From positions 183,034-203,033 of the forward strand of contig LVLI01000141.1 in assembly GCA_001687465.1 (NCBI GenBank): a stretch of DNA of 20,000 nucleotides. Direction: 5' to 3'. A program made the translations under genes and the position numbers. A model generated the notes under the pieces. That model did no database searches. It was not told the DNA's origin and was given only the letters and a program-made list of their open reading frames with translations. Shown one piece after another: positions 12,301-20,000 of the stretch. Position 1 is the first letter of the stretch; the number at the start of each line of letters is the position of its first letter. Origin of the DNA: Halocafeteria seosinensis (lineage: Eukaryota).

Positions 12301-15300
12301 GGTGGAGTCGCCGTGGAGAACAGCAAGCCTCTGGTTGCGGTAGATATCCTGTCACCCTTAGCGGAGCTAAACGCTACATACGACACTATTGTGAGTCAGG
12401 ATATAGAATTTGGAGAAGAGGGGGACCACGAAATAGGCCTTCAACATTCGTCGCATCCTAACCCGATCGTTGGCTGTCAACAGAACTATACTACCATTGT
12501 TCCTTATTCCGTTTTCGTGGGTGTTCCGTGGGTCAATTTAACTGTTGAAAACGATAGGGAACTAAGGCCAGACAGTGGCAACATTATGACAGCTGGATCC
12601 ACGCTTAAATTCGATGCGTCGCTGAATGTTCCTCCGGGCAAGGCTAGTGAGTCGGCACTGAAGTTTACACCCAGTGAGAACTCTTGTATCCAATTTGATA
12701 GAGTAGAAGCTTGGGAGGTAAGCAACTCCAGCTTTTTGTTCGTTCAAGGCAAGTCCTGGGACTCGGTTTTTCAGCAGAATGTTACCCTCTCGGGAGACAC
12801 CTTTATTGTGCACTTAGGAACGTTGATTTCCCGAAGGTCTGAAGAAGACGACGAAGTGAATGTGCTCCATGTTGTTTTCTCGGCTTCTGTGTGTAGGGGG
12901 AATTCATTCCCAGGAGTCAAGCGAACTGTTTCATTCCAGCTAGTGTCGAAAGATATCGCCGCTGAGGCTATTACCGCCCAGACCTCTCTGTTTTACGTTC
13001 AACCATACCCAGAATTGACGTTGTTCCCGCAAAGTGTTGTGGGAGTTGAAGGACTTCAGAAGTTTAATCTTACATTGAAACTTGCAAACCAGGCTTCTCC
13101 GTTTTCCTCACAGGGGTTTAATATAAGTTTATTTAGCCTTAGGAGTTACTCGTCGTTCAGGATATCCGAAGTGTTCCTCGTCGATCATATGGCATCCAGT
13201 AAGAATGTAGGTGGCAACGTGGTGGCCAATATGTCGATAGTCGAGTTTGGGTTCTTAGAAATTGGCAATGTGATCAATGCTTCTTTGGAAATCGAGGTGC
13301 TGCCGACCATTCAGCTTGGAACTGTGACGGAACTTGAGTTCGCCATGCACGTCAGTACGCATCCTTCCGCGGGCGGAGTTTGCATACCCTCGGAGTTTCC
13401 TCTCTCTCGCATCGAAAGTGCAGTCCCGCAGGTTCAGCTGTCTTTGGATGTAGAATCCGTTGAACCTCCTTTTACTCAATCCCTTCCCGGAGACACGGTT
13501 TCTTCTCCTCCCGGAGCAAAATTGTCCATCAATGTATCAGTGGTATTCCCTGTCGGCAAGGTTGCGGGGTTTCGGGCTACAATTGAGTCTGATGATGCGG
13601 TAGTGTTTTTAGTGTCCACAGATTATTTTAACATTACCTCCCTCGGCCAGTCCTCGTTTACACTTGAAAATGTTAGCATCAGCTCAGATACTGTCACGGC
13701 TGAAGTTGGTGATGTGTGGAACAATGGCTCCTCCGATGGTTTGTCATTGTTTCAACTGGTGGCAACTGGAATCGTTACAAATGCCTCAAGTGTCGTTCGA
13801 GGAGTAACGTCCCCTGTCCGTTCTCGCGTGCAAGGAACTTTGCTTACGGTGACAGAGAAGGAGTCTACTGTTCTAGTCTCCGAGCATAACGTTACTACCA
13901 TCCAAGGTCCTGGGGCCACTATGTTTGTTGAACCAGTTGAATACGTATCTTGGTCATTCCAGCTGGAGAATGAGGGTGGGGTACCGGTACTTAGTCCTCT
14001 TTTTGATGTGTCGTTGTCTACGACATCCTTGAATTCATACGTTGTCAGAAGCGCAACTGTCTTGGCTGAAGAAGATGTCGTTCTGTGCCCAGATCTTTCT
14101 ACACAAGCGTGTATGTTGCCAGCTATAGATGTGGGGGATCGCGTAACGCTAAACAGCACTGTTTTTTTGACAGTTGAGGCCGAAGTGAATTTAATCCAAG
14201 AGATTTTTTTCCGAGTGACGGGCTATAGTAGACCCAAACCAGGTTTATACAGTCGAGAATATGATGTCACGCAAGGTCTATCTGGTACTTTAAGGATACC
14301 ATCGCCGGCGTCGCTACTCAACGTCGCAATATTAAGCGAATGTTGCAGAGATGGCATGGCGGCCATTGGGGCTACCATACAGTTAACGCAGGTGCTTGAG
14401 TTCGTAGGCGGCAGCCTGACGAATGCATCGCTTTGTCTACAATGGACACCAACTAGTGCTCTTTCTTCGGTGCAAACAAAACATGTTGAGAAATCGTCAG
14501 GCGTAGAGTTTGTCGCTGCCGATTTTCTGGAACTCGGCGTCCTGCAACAGCCAAACTCAGCGTTTCTGTATCTGGGAGACTTAGTGATCAACAACACGCA
14601 TCACGGTGTATCGGACAACGTCACCATCGAGTTCACTGCTATTGTGAACACTGTCAGAGAAAACGGAATCGGCTCGACGGTCAACGTTACTTCTAGTCTG
14701 TCTTCATCAGCCGTTTCAGGTAAAGATACATTTTCGACGGCTGATTTTGTTATTACGGCGCCGCATATTACTCTACGGCACAACTATGGGCCAGATTCTG
14801 CAATACGGGGAATGACAAGACACAATATATCTGTTGAGGCAGTAGCTCAGTCATCAAACCTGAACTCTGACGCGTTCAATCTGACGCTTCATGATGAGAA
14901 CCTGGGACCCCGTTATCGTCTCACCAATGTTTGGCTGTTGTTTGGAAATGGAACCATGGATCACATATGGAGGAGCAAATGTGTGTTCAACAAATCATGT
15001 TTCCATTTTCCAGAAGGCCAATATATTTTAAGCGGCGAAGACGATGACACAACATTACTTGAGCAATTGACACGAGGCGATGGTGTGTGTATAACATATG
15101 AGGTGGAGGTTCGATTTGATATTTTACTGAACAGTAGTATCTCCGTATCCCCGACTCTTGGATGGCAAAGCGTGTCGAATTGTTTTGATGGAAATTGTCG
15201 AAAGTATACAAACACTACCGAGGATGTAGTATTCTTACATGTGCTATCTCCGACGTATGACGTCGCTAGTCTTGTCTTGGAGAAACCTGCTGGCTTCAGT

Positions 15301-18300
15301 GGACTGTCGAGTGATTCCGTGCTGGTGGGACAACCTTTCCATGTTATTATAAATATTTCTTTTCCTTTTGGCAGAGTTGCGGGCTTCGAGAGTGAGCTCG
15401 TAGTCAGTGGTGTGTCGTTTGACTTTTCCGAGTCCGTTTCCATTACCAACGAGGGAGTTGATCTCTTGTCCACGGACAGTGGAAAACTGGTGACAGACGT
15501 CATTTCGATTCAGGAAAGGGTATCATGGTCTATAGGGGACATTCTAAACGACGCCTTTGCTGAAAGCAGGACAAATGAAAAGTTGTCGCTGTCGGTGGAG
15601 GGTCGTGTAAGCAGTACCGAGGGAATGCTAACCAGTGGAAGCGTATTCGACTTTACCCACATATCGTATAGCACGAGTTTGCATAGGGAATACAATAGGG
15701 TTGTGTCGCAGGAGCATGTTGTTCGAATTCCTTTGCTTGAGGAATTTGTCGTAAGCCCGACAACCGTTCGACGACTCAATGCTACGGACTTGGTCACATT
15801 TGAAACACGGATTGCTCATGCGAACAGTTCACAAGCTCCAGCTTATCGGGTAGTATTGTTTGACAGACGTCTGGCTTCTCAAAATTTCGTCCTGGAATCA
15901 GTTCGTGTTAATGGTGAACCAAGAGATGGGACGAATTCGACTGTGATCACCGAAATTGACGTATTGGATGTGTTATCCGATGTCAACATCGAATGGTCGT
16001 ACAGATTTAGTGAACTGCTGCCCGCTTCAGTAATCATCGACATGGATCTAGGTCTGGACTACTGGACGTATCCCAATACCTCATTCGGCCTAAAGCAGCG
16101 GCTCTTTCCTGCGGCAAACCCTAAATTGACGACCCAAGATGCGGTTGTGCTGTCATCAATCTCGCCCGTCGAGGAACACACCCAAACTTTGGAGAAATAT
16201 GTAAGCATTGGAAGTGAGATTACTTCGGAAGTTGAGATGATTTTGCCGGGTGGATCACTTTTCAATTTCGAGCTTAACACGAGTATCCTTTTCGCTGAGG
16301 GAAAGCATGGTTTATCAGGATTGTTTGATTTCAGTTTGGATCGAGTTGAGATAATGGAAGAGAATGCTAATATCGAGTTTGAGTGTGATTCTCGCGTGCC
16401 ATTAAACCAAGAAGAGTTGAATCGAGTGTTGGAAAAGGGTAGTGATACTCTGTCGTATTCTTTGTGCGATGTACGTGTTCTCGGTGTCCCGGCTGCTCGT
16501 GTGATATTATTCTATAGTGGATACATTGCGAATGTACCGAAGAATCGTCAAAGAGAAGCATTAAGTGTGAGTTCACAGTTAACCTACGATACGTTGGAGG
16601 ACCTATTGCGATCTGCTTCGTCAGCACTAACGATTGTGGAGCCATCGTTGGCGAACTCGTCGTTAGAAGTAGCTCAATGTGGAGAGCTAATTGGTTCGGA
16701 CGAATCCGTTACGTTGAATATAACTATTCCAAGAGGAGTACTTCCTGAAGGGGTAGCCTATGATGTCATAATTATCGACGAATCGGTGTCTAATGTGTCG
16801 TTCGTGGTAACTGATGTTCGCCAGGATAGTGAGACACTTACAGTCCCAGATGCAACTCACGTCGGTGGATCCTTGAATCCGATCTTTCCTGATAAAGGAA
16901 GTAGTGTTTCGTTAGAATATGAAATTGTTTCAGTGAATCGTGTATCATCAAACCTTACTGTGGGTGAGACGATCTATTTTTCTTACTCATCTGTGTCGAA
17001 TCGGAGTTTGGGTCGAGAATATCGAAGTAATGTGTCGTTTGTCCCATGCGATGTGGTAACAACTGACATAATTCTATTGAACGAGAGTGTAATTAGTGAG
17101 AATGTTGCTCACAGGGATGATGTTGTTGTAGCGGGTGGAAGAGTGCGGTATGAATTTTGGTTATTTGTGCCTGGGTATTTTGTAGCTTCTCCCTCTGTGT
17201 CTTTGGACTTTGAGGATAGTTCAATGGTTGATTTGGAAGCAGTATCTCTATCAGATATTGTTGTTTCCATAGTCATTCCTTCCGGAGAATTGCATTTGGC
17301 GACGGGCGGCGATATTTGTAGCAATGTTGACTCCGCTGTAGTTCAGATTGACCGTGCCCATGACAAGTTGAGTATACTATTTTGTGATTTGGGTGTAGAG
17401 GACATCGCATCGGGTGGAGTGTACATGAAAGTTGAGAGTATATTTGAGTTGGCAGTGAATGATTCGACAGTTTCCGGAAGACATTTAGAGTTTTCAAGCA
17501 ATTTTGGGAAGTTGACCGTTGGGAAGGAAGTTTTCTCGTATAATCTTCCAGTGGTTGAGCCCGAAGTACATCTTGAGATTTCTGGGGAGACTACGTTTAA
17601 TACCGAAGGGTTAATGCGGCACAATATTTCAGTAGAAGCCAGGGCTCTTGGGGAGTTGTTGTCTCACTCTGACGCCTTCAATCTGACACTCCGAGATGAT
17701 CACTTGGGGTTTGCCTACCGGCTCACAAATGTTTGGTTGTCCTTGGACGATGGGACAAAGGATCACGTATGGAGCAGTAGCTGTGTATACAACAAGTCAT
17801 GTTTTCATGGTGAGGCTATCGGGTACATTGTAAGAGGAGAAGGCAGTGAGCATGATATAAGTTTGATCGGAGTACTTCGCCAAGGTGATAGCGTGGCTAT
17901 AACGTATGAAGTGGAAGTACGGTATGACATTGTATTAAACAGTAGTATCTTCGTATCTCCTACGATTGAGTGGCAAAGCGTATCGAATTGTTCTGACGGA
18001 GCGTGCCGAAAGTATACGAACATTTCTGGTGATAGCGTCTCGATGCATGTCTTCCCACCGACGTATGAGATCGGAGCTGTGGTCATGGAAGAACCTTCCG
18101 GATTCAGAGGGTTATCAAGTAATTCCGTACTGGTTGGGCAGCCGTTTCAAATAATTATCAATATCTCGTTCCCATTTGGAAAGGTAATTGCTCTGGAGAG
18201 TGATCTCGTGGTTAATGGTGTATCCGTTGTGTTTCCTGAGCTTGTTTCGATCGTACATTCGGGAGTTGAATTGTTGTCATTGGATAATGGTGAGGTGGAA

Positions 18301-20000
18301 ACCGCTGAACGCTCGAGTCAGGGTCAGGATCAGGGTCGGGGAAAGATATCCTGGTTCATAGGAGATGTTCTAAACGACGGTTTTGCTATGAATGAGATGC
18401 ACGGGAAACTGTCACTATCAGCGGAGGTCCGGCTAAGCAGTAGCGAAGGCGAGGTGATGTCGTCGAGTGGTGAAGTATTCAATTTTACTCATACTATAAA
18501 CAGTTCGAGTTTGCGACGAGAATCTAACACGATTGTTTCTGATGATAATATTGTTAGGATTCCGTCGTTACTGAAATTTGATGTAAACCCGTCGACTGTG
18601 AATCAGCTAAATGCTACTGATCGGGTCACGTTTGAGACTCGAATTTCTCATGCAAACATTTCAGAGGCTCCAGCGTATCTGCTGGAACTATTTGATCAGA
18701 GTTTGCACTCTCCATATTACACCTTGGAGTCTGTTACTGTGAATGGTGATCCTATTTTAAACGTGAGCTGGGGATTAAACTCAACTGTAATAGCCCGGGT
18801 TGATTCGTTAGATCGTGCATCGGAGCTTGTTGTGGAGTGGACATACAAGTTTAGTGAGCTACTTCCTGCCTCGATAATCATTGATTTGGAGTTCTGTGTT
18901 GATTACTGGACGTACCCTGATATTTCGTTTGGATTCAAACGAGGAGTATGCGCTGTAACAAACACTGTTTTGATAACGCAAGACGCTGCGGTATTGTCAT
19001 CTGTCTCATCTGCTATGGAAGACACGCAAATCTCGGAGAAATATGTAAGCATTGGGAGTGAGATTACTTCGGAGGTTGAGATGATTTTGCCGGGTGGATC
19101 ACTTTTCAATTTCGAGCTTAACACGAGTATCCTTTTCGCTGAGGGAAAGCATGGTTTATCAGGATTGTTTGATTTCAGTTTGGATCGAGTTGAGATAATG
19201 GAAGAGAATGCTGATATCGAGTTCGAATGTGATTCTCGCGTGCCATTAAACCAAGAAGAGTTGAATCGAGTGTTGGAAAAGGGTAGTGATACTCTGTCGT
19301 ATTCTTTGTGCGATGTACGTGTTCTCGGTGTCCCGGCTGCTCGTGTGATATTATTCTATAGTGGATACATTGCGAATGTACCGAAGAATCGTCAAGGAGA
19401 AGCATTAAGTGTGAGTTCACAGTTAACCTACGATACCTTGGAGGACCTATTGCGATCTGCGTCGTCAGCACTAACGATTGTGGAGCCATCGTTGGCGAAC
19501 TCGTCGCTAGAAGTAGCTCAATGTGGAGAGTTAATTGGTTCGGACGAATCCGTTACGTTGAATATAACTATTCCAAGAGGAGTACTTCCTGAAGGGGTAG
19601 CCTATGATGTCATAATTATCGACGAATCGGTGTCTAATGTGTCGTTCGTGGTAACTGATGTTCGCCAGGATAGTGAGACACTTACAGTCCCAGATGCAAC
19701 TCACGTCGGTGGATCCTTGAATCCGATTTTTCCTGATAAAGGAAGTAGTGTTTCGTTAGAATATGAAATTGCTTCAGTGAATCGTGTATCATCAAACCTG
19801 ACGGTGGGTGAGACGATCTATTTTTCTTACTCATCTGTGTCGAATCGGAGTTTGGGTCGAGAATATCGAAGTAATGTGTCGTTTGTCCCATGCGATGTGG
19901 TAACAACTGACATAATTCTATTGAACGAGAGTGTAATTAGTGAGAANGTTGCTCACAGGGATGATGTTGTTGTAGCGGGTGGAAGAGTGCGGTATGAATT
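6317..20000 (+). CDS. Giant (>4,480 aa) secreted or cell-surface protein with tandem DUF11-like/Ig-like beta-sandwich repeats, adhesin-like; exons 6317-6551, 6623-6694, 6763-6897, 6980->20000; 3'-truncated
   Basis: I translated frame +1 from 6982 to 20000 and found no stop; the N at 19947 is a third codon position (AAN). Three phase-1 GT-AG introns (6552-6622, 6695-6762, 6898-6979) join upstream exons in frame, including the hydrophobic stretch ITTFLAALCAVFSAISSA. Recurrent motifs are GE.(V/I)T......P.G, VVEP.L, DAGD.(V)..F....N....A(F/Y)DV and W.S.P...R.Y. Confidence 0.9.
14818..19034 (+). repeat. Diverged in-frame internal duplication: 14818-16190 versus 17617-19034
   Basis: Both copies read RHNISVEA...SDAFNLTL.D..LG..YRLTNVWL...NKSCFH...ITYEVEVR.DI.LNSSI.VSPT..WQSVSNC.DG.CRKYTN...SVLVGQPF..IINISFPFG...LNATD.VTFETRI.HAN.S.APAY. 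About 60% aa identity by eye. The offset grows from 2799 to 2844 nt through in-frame indels. Confidence 0.92.
16191..20000 (+). repeat. Near-identical direct repeat with a 2844-nt period: 16191-17156 = 19035-20000 (continues past the window)
   Basis: Base-by-base comparison gave 14 substitutions in 966 nt plus one N and no indels. The period of 2844 nt equals 948 codons. Confidence 0.97.

Noticed and set aside
15073..15081. RGD tripeptide in the giant protein
   Set aside because: Not conserved in the paralogous copy (RQGD), and one occurrence in more than 4,400 aa is expected by chance.
18319..18342. CAGGGT-like hexamer microrepeat encoding QGQDQGRG
   Set aside because: A small slippage insertion in a loop of one repeat copy; no evidence of a separate function.
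7039..19906. Many short minus-strand and off-frame ORFs in the ORF track, including the duplicated MLSSKLKSDPPG and MAPQSLVLT ORFs
   Set aside because: They are shadows of the giant frame +1 exon. Their duplication simply mirrors the internal repeat, and the substitutions are mostly synonymous in frame +1.
19947..19947. Ambiguous base N possibly disrupting the giant ORF
   Set aside because: It is the third position of AAN (Asn or Lys) and cannot form a stop; the other copy has AAT at 17101-17103.
16191..20000. Long direct repeats as LTRs of a retroelement, or as a CRISPR-like array
   Set aside because: The repeats are in-frame coding modules. There are no gag/pol or transposase motifs, no LTR termini and no repeat-spacer structure.

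Overview
Gene-dense eukaryotic (protist-like) DNA with short GT-AG introns of 64-89 nt. From left to right it holds the 3' end of a VPS11-like gene that seems to lack the usual RING finger, a two-exon RIIa/DD-domain protein, a four-exon PNO1/Dim2 gene on the minus strand and a four-exon secreted class-3 lipase. The rest is a giant gene missed by the ORF track because it has no stop codon in the window. It starts at about 6317, has three short 5' exons and then one uninterrupted frame +1 exon from 6980 to beyond 20000, giving more than 4,480 aa. The protein has a probable signal peptide and about 25 alternating A/B beta-rich modules of roughly 150-160 aa. Their motifs resemble, from my recall, bacterial DUF11/'conserved repeat'/isopeptide-fimbrial adhesins, but the isopeptide Lys/Asn appear lost and Cys pairs and N-glycosylation sequons are abundant. 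Its 3' part is a roughly 2.8-kb tandem duplication with a sharp switch from old divergence (about 60% aa identity, by eye) to near identity (14 differences in 966 nt). Family assignments come from motif recognition, not database searches.
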